Counted from the first letter of the stretch, positions 38,727-50,402 are shown. The stretch: DNA of 64,000 nucleotides from Bacteroidetes bacterium QS_3_64_15 (GCA_003022565.1 PXTN01000131.1:1108-65107); one strand, 5' to 3'. Notes: generated from the sequence alone by a model not told the origin. Numbers and translations are program-made.

Positions 38727-39605
38727 CTATTCTGCGCTCTCCAGCATTGGCTCCGGCGTCGAAAAGGCACCCTCCGGAGCCGTGCTGGGCAGTGCAAGCG
38801 CGTTCGTGAGGAGCGCCCGGTCGGCGTCCACGGCTTCTTTCCGCACGGAGAGGTGGACGGTTCCGGCAGGGGCCTGCAGTTCCTCGTACTGAGTCCAATC
38901 ATAGAAGTGAGGCGGATCGTCTTCAGACATGCCTTGCAGGTGGTAGGCCCACCGCTCGAGTCGGCCCGTCTCCGTCGACACGTACAGCCAGTAGCGGTCG
39001 CCCGGGGTTGGACCCACGTCGTCGAACGTCAGCTTGAGGACATCGTGCTCGGCGGTTGACGAGTCGGGCAGGTACGTGCGGTTCACACCCGTGTCGAACA
39101 CCTTCAGTGGGGAGAGCACCCAGTACGTGTCGTTGACGAACCGGTCGTGGGCTTGCTCACGGGCCGTTTCCCCGGCCGAGCCGGTCAACTCTGCCCCGTT
39201 GAGGTACACGGTCCCGGCCAGCTGACCGTCCTGCACCGTCCGGGCATCGACGAGGGCAACGTACGACGAGTCGGGACCGGTGGACCACTCCATGCGGTAC
39301 TCGCCCGTGGTTCGATCCCAGAAGTGACGTGCAATGGTTTCCCTTCCGTCCGGCGTCTCGATGCCAAAGTTAAACCGGAGATACGGAGCCGAGGCCCATG
39401 CATCGGCCCCGTGGGCCTGGAGGAGACGATAAGCCACCGAGTCGGCGCGGGTCTCGGGGGCAATCGTATCGGTAGGGACGGCAGCTGTGTCGCCTTCGGA
39501 CTCTGAGGCTGTATCACCCTCGGACTCTGAGCCCGACGTGCATCCGACGAGCCCCCCACCTCCGACGAGGAGAATGGCAGTCAGTATAGAGCGAAAATAG
39601 GGCAT
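38727..39605 (-). CDS. Hypothetical lipoprotein with duplicated SESEGDTA linker
   Basis: LVGC lipobox; AHG..AW, FVNDTYW..SP.K..D.GV, VG.TPGDRY motifs. Confidence 0.85.
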   Translation of the reverse strand: MPYFRSILTAILLVGGGGLVGCTSGSESEGDTASESEGDTAAVPTDTIAPETRADSVAYRLLQAHGADAWASAPYLRFNFGIETPDGRETIARHFWDRTTGEYRMEWSTGPDSSYVALVDARTVQDGQLAGTVYLNGAELTGSAGETAREQAHDRFVNDTYWVLSPLKVFDTGVNRTYLPDSSTAEHDVLKLTFDDVGPTPGDRYWLYVSTETGRLERWAYHLQGMSEDDPPHFYDWTQYEELQAPAGTVHLSVRKEAVDADRALLTNALALPSTAPEGAFSTPEPMLESAE

Positions 39606-39746
39606 GGAAAGACGTCATCGGTGGAAAAGGATGTGTCTTTCTAACATACGGAGTGCAGCGCAGAAGTGCAGATCCCAGCGATCGGTCGGATTTTTCGATT
39701 TTACGGGTCCGGTGCGTAGCCTCCGCACGTGCATAGCCCCAAACGC

Positions 39747-40847
39747 TCACACGTTGAACCGGAACTTCATTACGTCGCCGTCCTCCACCATGTAGTCTTT
39801 CCCTTCCGTCCGGAGAAGTCCGGCCTCTCGGGCCGCAGCCTCGGAGCCTGCCTCGTCAAAGTCCGAAAAGTGGATCGTCTCGGCCTTGATGAAGCCCTCC
39901 TCGAAGTCGCTGTGGACCTTTCCGGCGGCCTGGGGCGCGAGCGTGCCCTCTTCGATGGTCCAGGCATAGGCTCCCTTCTCGTCCGCCGTAAAGAAGGTAA
40001 TGAGGTCGAGCTCGTCGTACGCGGCGTGGATGAGACGTTCGAGGCCGGGTCGGGGTAGGCCCGCGTCCTCCAGAAAGAGCTGGCGTTCTTCCGGATCGAG
40101 CTCGGCCACTTGGGCTTCGAGCTCCGCAGACATGACGACGACCTGGGTTTCTCCCTCCTCCGCAACGGCACGGAGCTGGTCGACGTGCTCGCTGCCGGTA
40201 GGCAAGTCCTCCTCCCCCACGTTGGCGACGTACAGGACCGGCTTGTCGGTCAGGAGAAACAACTCCGACAGCGGGTGGAGCGGCTGGTCCGCGCTGCTGG
40301 CCTCGAAGGACCGCGCCCAGTTCCCGTCGCTCAGGTGATCGCGGAGACGCTCGAACACCTCCAGCTCCTCGGCGGCCTCCTGGTCCCCCTTCTTCGCGGC
40401 GGTCTCCACTTTTTCAATCCGCGTCTCGACCGTCTCCAGGTCTTTCAGGAGAAGCTCGGTGTTGATCACGTCCACGTCGCGCACCGGATCGACCGTGCCC
40501 GCTACGTGCGCCACCTCGTCGTCCTCGAAGCAGCGCACGACGTGAATGATGGCATCCACTTCGCGGATGTTGGCGAGAAACTGATTGCCCAGCCCTTCGC
40601 CCTTGGCGGCGCCCTCCACGAGGCCAGCAATGTCGACGAACTCGATGGTGGTAGGAGTCGTCTCGGGGGAGCCGGCCAGCTCGGCGACGCGCGGGAGCCG
40701 CTCGTCCGGGACGGGCACAACCCCCACGTTGGGATCGACCGTGCAGAACGGATAGTTGTCGGCCTCGGCCCCGGCGTTGCTCAGCGCATTGAAGATCGTG
40801 GATTTGCCGACGTTGGGGAGCCCGACGAGGCCGCACTGCAGCGACAT
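39747..40847 (-). CDS. ychF: Redox-regulated ATPase YchF
   Basis: GLVGLPNVGKST, NYPFCT, DIAGLV, GEGLGNQFL, APQAAG.VHSDFE.GFI. Confidence 0.98.
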   Translation of the reverse strand: MSLQCGLVGLPNVGKSTIFNALSNAGAEADNYPFCTVDPNVGVVPVPDERLPRVAELAGSPETTPTTIEFVDIAGLVEGAAKGEGLGNQFLANIREVDAIIHVVRCFEDDEVAHVAGTVDPVRDVDVINTELLLKDLETVETRIEKVETAAKKGDQEAAEELEVFERLRDHLSDGNWARSFEASSADQPLHPLSELFLLTDKPVLYVANVGEEDLPTGSEHVDQLRAVAEEGETQVVVMSAELEAQVAELDPEERQLFLEDAGLPRPGLERLIHAAYDELDLITFFTADEKGAYAWTIEEGTLAPQAAGKVHSDFEEGFIKAETIHFSDFDEAGSEAAAREAGLLRTEGKDYMVEDGDVMKFRFNV

Positions 40848-40978
40848 GAACGTGGTTGGTCCCTACGAAAAACGACGCGACCGGGGTGTATAGAGCGTTC
40901 GACGGCCTTGTTCCCCCGCTGGTACAGCATCAGAGTTCGTTCTGAGGGCGAGCATCTTTTCCGTTACTTCTTTTCCGC

Positions 40979-41052
40979 CGTGATGCGTGAAGACGTGATG
41001 CGTAAGGGAAGCGGCGCCTCACGGCTCACGCTTCACGCATCACTTCTCACGC
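40979..41052. repeat. Inverted heptamer hairpin upstream of ychF
   Basis: cgtgatg cgtgaag acgtgatg cgtaagg ... tcacggc tcacgct tcacgca tcacttc tcacgct. Confidence 0.85.
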
Positions 41053-41063
41053 TTGGCGAACTG

Positions 41064-41726
41064 CTAGTCCGAGTACGGCACGTCAATGAATTCCCGTTCG
41101 GGGAGGTAGACGGCCGTGAGCCGCCCCATGCCCGGCTTCATATGGTAGACGCAGCCGGTGTCGATGAGGATGAGCTTCTCGCGGTTGATGGGGTCCGGGC
41201 GGGGCGTGTGGCCGCACACCACCGGTTTTCCCCAGGCCACCTCCGACGCGTCTAGGTGCCCGCGCTCCCAAAGAAGCACGTCTTCGTCCTTCTGATCCAG
41301 GTTTTCCTCGATCCTGAGGCCGGGCTTCAGTCCCGCGTGCACGAACAGGAAGTCCTCCGTTTCATGGTAGAGCTTCGTCTCACGGACGAACTCGGCGTGG
41401 GAGTCAGGAATTTTAATTTCAGAGCGATCCTCGTCCTTGAGGTAGCTCTGGAGCGTGGAGACGCCGCCGTTCATGCGCCAGAGGCTAAACGCTCCGGAGT
41501 CGAGATACTCGATCATCATCGCCTCGTGATTGCCCCGGAGAAAGGTACAGGGCACGTCCTCCCGGAGGTCTAAGAGCCGGTCGATGACGCCCTTCGAGTC
41601 GGGGCCGCGGTCGATGTAATCGCCCACGAACAGGAGATGGTCGTCCGGCGACGGGTCGATCCGGGCGAGAAGCGCGTCGAATGACTGCGGGCATCCGTGA
41701 ATGTCGCCGATTGCTATGAGGCCCAT
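41064..41726 (-). CDS. Metallophosphoesterase (PPP/ApaH-like)
   Basis: GDIHG, GDYIDRG, RGNHE, VHAG, GHTP, IDTG. Confidence 0.95.
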   Translation of the reverse strand: MGLIAIGDIHGCPQSFDALLARIDPSPDDHLLFVGDYIDRGPDSKGVIDRLLDLREDVPCTFLRGNHEAMMIEYLDSGAFSLWRMNGGVSTLQSYLKDEDRSEIKIPDSHAEFVRETKLYHETEDFLFVHAGLKPGLRIEENLDQKDEDVLLWERGHLDASEVAWGKPVVCGHTPRPDPINREKLILIDTGCVYHMKPGMGRLTAVYLPEREFIDVPYSD

Positions 41727-41834
41727 CGCATGTGCCCTGCCTTGCGGGAGTGAGAAGAGAGAACGGACGCCGACCGGTCATGAGTGGAATTTGGCCCGGG
41801 GTCAATATTGCCGGTTTGCAACGAGAATCGCAAC

Positions 41835-42317
41835 TCAGGAGGTATCGGCCCGCTCGCGGATGGCGTCCATGCCGATCAGGCCGCGCCCCGATTTGTTGAG
41901 GCGTCCCTGATCGTGAAGGTCGAGGAGGATTGCGTCGATCACGCCGTTCACGAAGGTGCCGCTCCGCGGGGTGCTGTACTTCTTCGCGATCTCAATGGCT
42001 TCGTCGACCGACACCTTGGGGGGGATCTCTTCGAATTTCAGAAGCTCCGTGGCGGCCATCCGGAGGAGGGAGCGGTCGATGACGGCAATGCGGTGGATCT
42101 CCCAGTTCTTTGCGTGCTTCTCGATAACCTCGTCGGTCTCCGCCCTCGTGTCAAGCGTCGCGTGGAAAAGGCGCTCCGCAAAGTCGCAGGTAGGGGGATC
42201 GTCTTCGAGCGGCGCCTTAATCAGCGTGTGGGTGATCTGATCGGGGTTCCCGTCGGCCTGCTCATGCGCGTAAAGCGCCTTCATGACGTGCTCGCGGGCT
42301 TCGCGCCGGGTACTCAT
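41835..42317 (-). CDS. nusB: Transcription antitermination factor NusB
   Basis: RREARE...ALY, IDRSLLR, PPKVSVDEAIEIAKKY, FVNGVID. Confidence 0.97.
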   Translation of the reverse strand: MSTRREAREHVMKALYAHEQADGNPDQITHTLIKAPLEDDPPTCDFAERLFHATLDTRAETDEVIEKHAKNWEIHRIAVIDRSLLRMAATELLKFEEIPPKVSVDEAIEIAKKYSTPRSGTFVNGVIDAILLDLHDQGRLNKSGRGLIGMDAIRERADTS

Positions 42318-42525
42318 GGTGGAGCGGCCGTTCGGGGTTTTGGGATCGCAATCCTGCTGGGGTACTTGTGTGGAGGCGGCTCTTATTTCTGATGGCGGAG
42401 GCAGGTTCGGGGACGGGCTCGGATTCCTGTAATTTTGGATTTCAGGGATGGCCGGTTCGAGGTTTCGCGGGGGACGTTAGACTTCGGTGGGAGAACGTGT
42501 CTTCCGATCCCATCTGTTCTCCCCA

Positions 42526-45024
42526 ATGAGGGTTCGACACGTGCGTCCCGATTCGTCCATCCACTGGTCCGCGTATCCGGCGCTCCTTATCGCAGGTGCG
42601 TTTGTGCTCGGGATCGTGGGAGAATCCGTGCTCGGGTCCGGAACCGTGTCTCTGTGGCTTGGCGGAGCTGCGGTGGGATTGGGGGCGTTCGTCGGGGTTC
42701 AGTGGTGGAACCGAACGCGACTCGTGACGCTCGCTCCCCTCGGGCGAATTGCCGCAGTGGTGCTGATCGTGGGATGCGCCGGAGGGGCGCGACACGCCAT
42801 GTACCGAGCACCTTCGCCCAGGGGACTGGCCCCGGCGGCTAAAGCGAGTGAGGAGACGATAGCCCTTCAGGGAGTTGTAGCGGATGCCCCGGAGCGAACC
42901 GAGACAGCGACGCGCTTTGCCCTGTCGGTCGATACGCTCTTTGGAAAGCGGGATACTGTTGCCGTGGAGGGCCGAACGCGAGTTACGCTCCAGCCTTCCC
43001 CCTGGGCCGAGGACGTTGGGCCGTTCCCCGAGGTTCGGCAGGGAGATGTCGTCCGGCTTCGGGGATTTTTGCAGTCCGCACCGGGGCTCCGAAACCCGGG
43101 CGGGTTCGACTACGGCGCGTACCTGGCTCGTCGGGGGATCTGCTGCACGATGTACGTGGGAGAGCCGGATCGCGTGAGCGTTCGGGGAGAGCGGCGGGGG
43201 ATCCTGGGAACGACCCTCATCACCGTTCGGGAGTACGTCCGTCGTCAGATCGGTCGGTACGTGCCCAGCGACGGGGGACGCGCCGTCCTGCGTGCCCTTC
43301 TTCTCGGAGATCGGAGCCGCGTGACGGATGCCCAGCGCGATCGCTTCGCCAAAACGGGCCTCATGCACCTCCTTGCGGTCTCCGGACTCCACGTCTTCCT
43401 CGTGGGGATGGTGCTCTATGCCCTGCTGCGCCCCCTGCTGATGCGCTTTCGACTGCGGTGGCGAACAGTCGAGGGGACGAGAGTCGTTCTCACGGTTGTC
43501 GTTTTGGGGTTCTACATGCTGCTCACGGGAGGCCGCCCGTCGGTCGTCCGGGCCGTGATTATGGCGACTCTCTTCATCGGGGGAATTTTCTTCCAGCGGT
43601 CGGCCCATCCCCTGAACACGCTTGGCGTGGCGGCTCTCGTCCTGTTGGCGGTGCGCCCACCGGCCCTGTTCGATGTGGGCTTCCAGTTGTCCATGGCGGC
43701 CGTGGCGGGCATTGTGACCCTCAATTCCCGCTTCCTGGAGGCGGTGCCGGGCCGGTATCGGGACTCTGAAATGACAGAGTGGTTCATCTCCACGGGGACG
43801 GTGTCCGCAGCCGCAATTCTGGGAACGGCGCCGATTCTGCTCTACCACTTTGGATGGGTGTCTGCCGCCGGGCTTCTGCTCAACATGACTGGCATTCCGT
43901 GTACAGGACTGGCACTCTCGGCAGCGATCCTCATGACGACGACGGGAGGGCTCTGGACCGTTGCCGGAGCCGCCTTCGGCAGTGCGGCGGATCTGTTTGT
44001 GCAGGGACTTCTTGCAACGTCCCGCTACGGGGCAGAGTGGTTTTCCTGGGCAGGCCTTCGGATGGCCGTTCCGAATCCGTGGGTGGTTGGAGCCCTCGGT
44101 GCGGGCCTCGTCGCCCTGGCGCAGTGGCCGCGGCCGCGCAACCGGTGGCGGTGGATCATTGTGGGACTTCTTCTTGCAACGGTGTCGGTTTGGGGGAGGT
44201 CTATCGGGCGGGATGCGGGACCGACCCTCGATGTCGTATTCTTCGATGTCGGTCAGGGAGGCGCGACCCTGATCACCACGCCAGCGAATCGTCGTGTGCT
44301 GGTGGATGCGGGTCCGCGCTCGCCGGGAGGAAGTGCGGCGGAGTTCGCGATTCTTCCGTACCTGGAGCGATGGGCCATCCATCGGCTGGACGCCGTGGTG
44401 ATTACGCACCCCGACGAGGATCACCTCGGAGGGCTGCCAACCCTTTTGAGGGAGGTGTCGGTGGGACGGGTCGTCCACAATGGCCGACCGGCCGACACGG
44501 AGCTGTATGCCGAGACGCAGCGCCTGCTCGACCGGAAGAGAGTTCCGCAGCGACCGGTTCATCGGGGAGATACAATTGCCGTCGGTCCGGCCGTGCGGGT
44601 TCAGGTCCTGTCGCCTCCTCGGCATCCATCGCGCCGGGGAATCAATGGAGATAATGATTCCTCCGTGGTCCTTCGCCTAGAGTATGGCAGCGTGGATCTG
44701 CTATTTCCCGGGGACGTCGAGGGTGCCGCCGAACAAGACCTGGTGCGGACGTACGGCGGGCAGCTGAGAAGCCGAGTGGTGAAGATTCCCCATCACGGGT
44801 CGACGACGAGCAGCACCTCGGACTTCGTGCGTGCGGTCTCTGGGGCGGAAGAGAGGTCCCACGCTGTAGTGAGCGTGGGGCAGGGCGAGCAGTACGACCT
44901 GCCCAGCGCGAAGATTCTGTCCCGATGGAGGAGTCATGGAATGGATGTCCACAGCACAGCGCGTAGCGGGGCCGTGTGGACGCGGACGGACGGAAAAGAG
45001 GTGTGGCAGGTGGATTGGAGATGA
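42526..45024 (+). CDS. comEC: ComEC/Rec2 DNA-uptake channel with metallo-beta-lactamase domain
   Basis: RNPGGFDY, TGLMHLLAVSGLHV, PSVVRA, GFQLS, FDVGQG, THPDEDHLGG, PHHGS; start uncertain (42487 or 42526). Confidence 0.95.
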   Translation: MRVRHVRPDSSIHWSAYPALLIAGAFVLGIVGESVLGSGTVSLWLGGAAVGLGAFVGVQWWNRTRLVTLAPLGRIAAVVLIVGCAGGARHAMYRAPSPRGLAPAAKASEETIALQGVVADAPERTETATRFALSVDTLFGKRDTVAVEGRTRVTLQPSPWAEDVGPFPEVRQGDVVRLRGFLQSAPGLRNPGGFDYGAYLARRGICCTMYVGEPDRVSVRGERRGILGTTLITVREYVRRQIGRYVPSDGGRAVLRALLLGDRSRVTDAQRDRFAKTGLMHLLAVSGLHVFLVGMVLYALLRPLLMRFRLRWRTVEGTRVVLTVVVLGFYMLLTGGRPSVVRAVIMATLFIGGIFFQRSAHPLNTLGVAALVLLAVRPPALFDVGFQLSMAAVAGIVTLNSRFLEAVPGRYRDSEMTEWFISTGTVSAAAILGTAPILLYHFGWVSAAGLLLNMTGIPCTGLALSAAILMTTTGGLWTVAGAAFGSAADLFVQGLLATSRYGAEWFSWAGLRMAVPNPWVVGALGAGLVALAQWPRPRNRWRWIIVGLLLATVSVWGRSIGRDAGPTLDVVFFDVGQGGATLITTPANRRVLVDAGPRSPGGSAAEFAILPYLERWAIHRLDAVVITHPDEDHLGGLPTLLREVSVGRVVHNGRPADTELYAETQRLLDRKRVPQRPVHRGDTIAVGPAVRVQVLSPPRHPSRRGINGDNDSSVVLRLEYGSVDLLFPGDVEGAAEQDLVRTYGGQLRSRVVKIPHHGSTTSSTSDFVRAVSGAEERSHAVVSVGQGEQYDLPSAKILSRWRSHGMDVHSTARSGAVWTRTDGKEVWQVDWR

Positions 45025-45199
45025 GGTCCAGACGTGCGTGAGAGTCTTTTGCGGAATGGCGGTGCCGTAGAAGAGCCTCTATTCCTCGGGAAGGCACGTA
45101 TTCCTCTCCTCGAATAGCCCCGGTTCTCGATCGGTATACCTGAGTATATCGAAACAGGACTGGCTAGTCCTCGGTATATCGGTTCCCGACGGAGATATG

Positions 45200-45640
45200 A
45201 GTGGCTGGTCAAGTTATCCACAGGCACTAGTATGAATAGGGCACCCTTTGATTTTTGAAAAGATATGGTTGTTGTTGTTAGTCGTGTGGAAATGTGGATA
45301 ACGGAGTCGCCCACATTGAATCGGTCTCGGTGTGGACAATTCCCGTGGTGGTCCACGGGGTTTTCCACAAGGGGTTCGCGGTTGAAAGCCGGTATGCGGC
45401 CCTGAGGGCTGATTTAGGGGTTGTTTTCCACGTTTCCACAGTAATCCACAGTGCAACGCAGGGATTGAGGGGTGCGGTTGTGAACAGTCATCCACGGTGT
45501 GTAAAAGGCGGGGATGGCTGTGGATATCCTGCAGAGTTGTCCACGAGCCCCCGCGGCGGAATTTTGATCCACAGGTTATCCAGATGTTATGCCCCACTTA
45601 TCCACGGGTTATCCACAATCCTGTGGACAAGTGAAATTCT
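45200..45640. other. oriC: Chromosomal replication origin oriC
   Basis: Perfect DnaA boxes at 45214-45222, 45293-45301 and 45609-45617; near-matches at about 45285, 45331, 45361, 45432, 45442, 45565, 45576, 45598 and 45622; AT-rich segment with (GTT)n trio-like repeats at 45245-45283. Confidence 0.92.
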
Positions 45641-45696
45641 GGGCAGGGAAGAGACACTGGAGCGGGGAGCGATATACTGGACAGGAAGATGCGGTC

Positions 45697-46029
45697 ATGC
45701 CTGACCCACGCTCCGCGGCTCGATCGGGACGGGGAAGGCTACTCCTCCTCCGTAACCGTGAAGAGGCGGTAGACACAGAATGCCGCGATGAGAGCAGGCC
45801 ACAGCGCCGCCACCCAGTCTCCCGACTGCAGGCGAACCACCGTGAGGGACGCGCCGAAGATGGCAATGAGAGCGTAGATGGTCTGGAAGATCAGGGGGCC
45901 GGACATGCCACGCGTTTGGGAGATGAGTCGGACAGAGGGGGCTCCGTTCGGCGGCTGGTGGAGGAATCAGAGCGGAGAACGCCCGGGGCCGCACCGGCCT
46001 CTAAGTCGTCGTTCCCGGCTTCCCCGTAG
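45697..46029 (+). CDS. Possible hypothetical protein next to oriC
   Basis: Open frame filling the gap to ribB; no recognisable motif. Confidence 0.2.
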   Translation: MPDPRSAARSGRGRLLLLRNREEAVDTECRDESRPQRRHPVSRLQANHREGRAEDGNESVDGLEDQGAGHATRLGDESDRGGSVRRLVEESERRTPGAAPASKSSFPASP

Positions 46030-47277
<1,248 letters not shown>

Positions 47278-47342
47278 GGCAGTAGGAGCGACCCCTCTCG
47301 CAACGTTCAATCCCGGAACGAACGAAGAACGCAAAGGGGCCG

Positions 47343-47678
47343 CTATTCCTCGTCGTTGGCGAGGTTCGCGATTGAGTCCTTATCGAAGCGAAGCCGCGTG
47401 CCTTTGCTGTCGACCTGGGCCAGAACGCTGTTCTCGTCGATCGTCTGAACGGTACCATGGATGCCGCCCACGGTCACGATTTTGTCGCCCTGCTCCAGGT
47501 TGTCCACCATCTCCTGATGTTCCTCCTCCCGCTTCTGCTGGGGGCGATAAATGAAGAAGTAAAAGACCCCGATGATGAGCACGAGCGGAAGCAAGAGACC
47601 AGCAAATCCTCCTCCGCCACTGCCGGATTGTCCGACGAGAAGCACCGGATCGAGGGCGGAAAGAAGCGAGGCAAGCAT
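47343..47678 (-). CDS. yajC: Preprotein translocase subunit YajC
   Basis: FYFFIYRPQQKR, GDKIVTVGGIHG. Confidence 0.96.
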   Translation of the reverse strand: MLASLLSALDPVLLVGQSGSGGGGFAGLLLPLVLIIGVFYFFIYRPQQKREEEHQEMVDNLEQGDKIVTVGGIHGTVQTIDENSVLAQVDSKGTRLRFDKDSIANLANDEE

Positions 47679-47822
47679 GGTGGGCGACAGTCAGGAGGTC
47701 AAAATTCAGGGAGGAAAAGCGGCGAAGGCACGACCAGCGGCGCCGCTCGTTCCGGGCAAAATCATATCCGAAGGCAGAGGACCGGTTCGGGCGGGCGTTG
47801 GCTATGGCAGACACAAAAAGAA

Positions 47823-47923
47823 AAGGGCAAGCGACCCGCAGCGCGCCGCTGCGACCTCCTACCGCTGCTGCCTTCCGGCCCTGACGGGGTTCAGAGGGAG
47901 CTGGCCGTGCGGGACTTGCCCTT
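47823..47923 (-). ncRNA. ffs: SRP RNA (4.5S)
   Basis: Minus strand GTCAGGGCCGGAAGGCAGCAGC domain-IV motif within a long hairpin closed by AAGGGCAAG/CTTGCCCTT and followed by a T-run. Confidence 0.92.
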
Positions 47924-48191
47924 GTTCGGTGTGGGGAATCCCCACGAAATGTCGGACCGTGTGAGACGCCACGGATCCTTGACAGTTCCATCTGGGGGGC
48001 GTTTCCCACCTGAAGATGCCGTCAAGCACGCGGGCAGGAGGATTGTAAGCCGGCACCGGTGGCCTGAGAAGGCGTGTAACCGAAAGGTGATTGAGAGATT
48101 AGAGATCGCGGCTCTTACTTCGTATACTTCCGTCGATCTCTCCTCCATCCCCCGTTCTTCAAAGCTCCCTCGTTCGATCGGAAACAGAACG

Positions 48192-49625
48192 ATGAACCGG
48201 ATCCCCCACGCTGCAGAACACGATCTTCCCGCAGCCGAGCCCGAGGCGGCGCAGCACCTGCTGGCCCGCCTGGAGGCCCAGGAAGCGACGATTGGGGTCG
48301 TCGGGCTCGGGTACGTGGGGCTTCCCCTCGCCGTTGAGTATGCCGGGGCCGGCTTCGACACGATCGGGATCGAGCTCGACGAACAGCGTATTTGCCGCCT
48401 CAATGCAGGTGAGAATTATGTCGACGACGTCGATGATTCGGCGGTCTGCGCCCTCGTCGAAGACGGGCCGCTTCGAATCGAAGGGACCTTTGAGCGCGGG
48501 GCGGACGTCGACGTGTTCTTCGTCTGCGTCCCCACCCCTGTCACTGATACGAAGGACCCGGATCTTACCTACGTCGAATCGGCCGCCGACTCCATTGCCG
48601 AGCACCTCCGTCCGGGCCGACTTGTCGTCCTAAAGAGCACGACGTACCCCGGCACGACCGAGGACGTGGTGCTCCCCCGTCTGCAAGACGCCGCTGAAGA
48701 CCGTGGGCTGGCGGTGGGACAGGACTACTTTCTGGCGTACAGCCCGGAGCGCATCGATCCGGGCAACGCCTCGTACGAGACGGGCGACATCCCGGTGGTA
48801 ACGGGGGCGGTGACCGAGCCCGGCACCACCGTTGCGGAGACGGCGATGCGAATGATTAGTGCGGACGTGCACGTCGTTTCGAACCCAAAGGTGGCGGAGA
48901 TGGAGAAGCTGCTGGAAAACATCTTCCGCTCCGTGAACGTCGCGCTCGTCAACGAACTCGCACAGCTCTGCGATCGTACCGGGGGGGTGTCGATGTGGGA
49001 GGTGATCGACGCCGCGTCGACGAAGCCATTCGGGTTTATGCCCTTCTATCCGGGTCCGGGCCTCGGGGGACACTGCATCCCAATCGATCCCCACTTCCTG
49101 TCCTGGATGGCGCGCAAGTACGACTTCGAGACGAGCTTTATCACGCTGGCGGCCCGTGTGAACGAAGGGATGCCGTACTATGCGGTGGAGGCCATCGTGG
49201 AGGCCATCGCGCAGCAGCCCGTGCGACTTTCGGACGCGGAGGTCCTCATTCTCGGCGTGGCCTACAAGGGAAACGTGAGCGACACGCGTCACTCGCCCGC
49301 CGAGCGCGTGATTCGACTGCTAAAGGAGAAGGAGGTCGAGAACGTGCACTACTGCGATCCGCACGTTCCGTCGTACAGCGTGAAGCTTGAGAACGGGGAG
49401 ACCGAGACGATTCCCTCTGTGGAGCTCACGCCAGAGGCCCTTCAACGCTGCAATGTGGCCGTCGTCGTCACCGCTCACGACGACTACGACGCGGAGGCCA
49501 TCGCTCGCCACGCCCCTCACATCGTTGACACGCGGAATGCCCTCAGTGACATCGACGATCCGGACCTGCGACAGAAGATTACGCTCCTGGGGGGCGGCAA
49601 ACAATCGAACGGGGACCCGTGGTAG
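48192..49625 (+). CDS. Nucleotide-sugar (UDP-GlcNAc/ManNAc-type) dehydrogenase
   Basis: GLGYVGLPLA, CVPTP, STTYPGTT, SPERIDPG, KLLEN.FR.VN, GPGLGGHCIPIDP. Confidence 0.95.
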   Translation: MNRIPHAAEHDLPAAEPEAAQHLLARLEAQEATIGVVGLGYVGLPLAVEYAGAGFDTIGIELDEQRICRLNAGENYVDDVDDSAVCALVEDGPLRIEGTFERGADVDVFFVCVPTPVTDTKDPDLTYVESAADSIAEHLRPGRLVVLKSTTYPGTTEDVVLPRLQDAAEDRGLAVGQDYFLAYSPERIDPGNASYETGDIPVVTGAVTEPGTTVAETAMRMISADVHVVSNPKVAEMEKLLENIFRSVNVALVNELAQLCDRTGGVSMWEVIDAASTKPFGFMPFYPGPGLGGHCIPIDPHFLSWMARKYDFETSFITLAARVNEGMPYYAVEAIVEAIAQQPVRLSDAEVLILGVAYKGNVSDTRHSPAERVIRLLKEKEVENVHYCDPHVPSYSVKLENGETETIPSVELTPEALQRCNVAVVVTAHDDYDAEAIARHAPHIVDTRNALSDIDDPDLRQKITLLGGGKQSNGDPW

Positions 49626-49695
49626 CGCCCCGGCGCCTGTGGTGCCCTCCATCCGCCGGGCCGGTACCCTTCCAGAAGCGGAGGCGTGCGACGGA

Positions 49696-49974
49696 CTACA
49701 GTTCCTTCTCGAGTAATCCTATGATTTCGTCGTAGCTCTCCTGGGCGGCGGACTCGTCGCCGGAGCGAATCGCCTCAGTCACACACGTCTCCAGGTGGTT
49801 CCGGGTGATGGCCCGCCCCACGGACTTGAGGGCCTGCTGCACCGAGTGGATCTGGTCGAGGATGTCCCCACAGTAGCGGTCCTCCTCTACCATTCGCTTG
49901 AGGCCTTGGATCTGGCCTTCGATGCGGCTGAGGCGGGAGGTAATGTCATCACGGTCGGCGTCGCTGATCGGCAT
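49696..49974 (-). CDS. csoR: CsoR-family copper-sensing repressor
   Basis: RLSRIEGQIQG...MVEEDRYC.DIL.QI...NHLETCV (C-H-C ligands). Confidence 0.9.
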   Translation of the reverse strand: MPISDADRDDITSRLSRIEGQIQGLKRMVEEDRYCGDILDQIHSVQQALKSVGRAITRNHLETCVTEAIRSGDESAAQESYDEIIGLLEKEL

Positions 49975-50126
49975 GGGAACGGGAGGGGTATGAGAAGGCT
50001 CATATGGGTCCTCTGCTGGTCGGTCCGAAGGCTCCGGTCGTTCCGCCCGCGGCACCCGCCCCGGTTTCTGCAACACAAATCAGCAGGCCCCACGGCCGGG
50101 AAGCGAGCGGGGGAACAGCCCTCTGA

Positions 50127-50160
50127 ATACGGGGTCCCCCTACTTTCCCTGGAGGGGGTT
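50127..50160. promoter_or_regulatory. Possible CsoR operator-like C/G-tract dyads
   Basis: ATACGGGGTCCCCCTAC and TTCCCTGGAGGGGGTT upstream of csoR. Confidence 0.3.
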
Positions 50161-50402
50161 GTTTCTGCGAGCAGCTTCCAAGACAGGGGGATGGGAGCAG
50201 GGTCGGAGTCGCTTCCGGCGAATCATGTCCCGCTGAAGGGAAGTCCCTTCCAGATATTTTGGAAGGTCGAGTCTTTCCCGTTTCGGCAGGATCCCAATCC
50301 TTTCACCGAAAGATTGCGGAGTCCCTTTTTGTTCACCACGGTGGTCCTTTTATTCTATTGGTAGCGCATCCCATCCTCTGCCGCCGACTGTGATTCCGTT
50401 CC

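Noticed and set aside
47457-48191. N-terminal extension of the nucleotide-sugar dehydrogenase
   Set aside because: It overlaps yajC and the SRP RNA on the opposite strand; the likely start is 48192.
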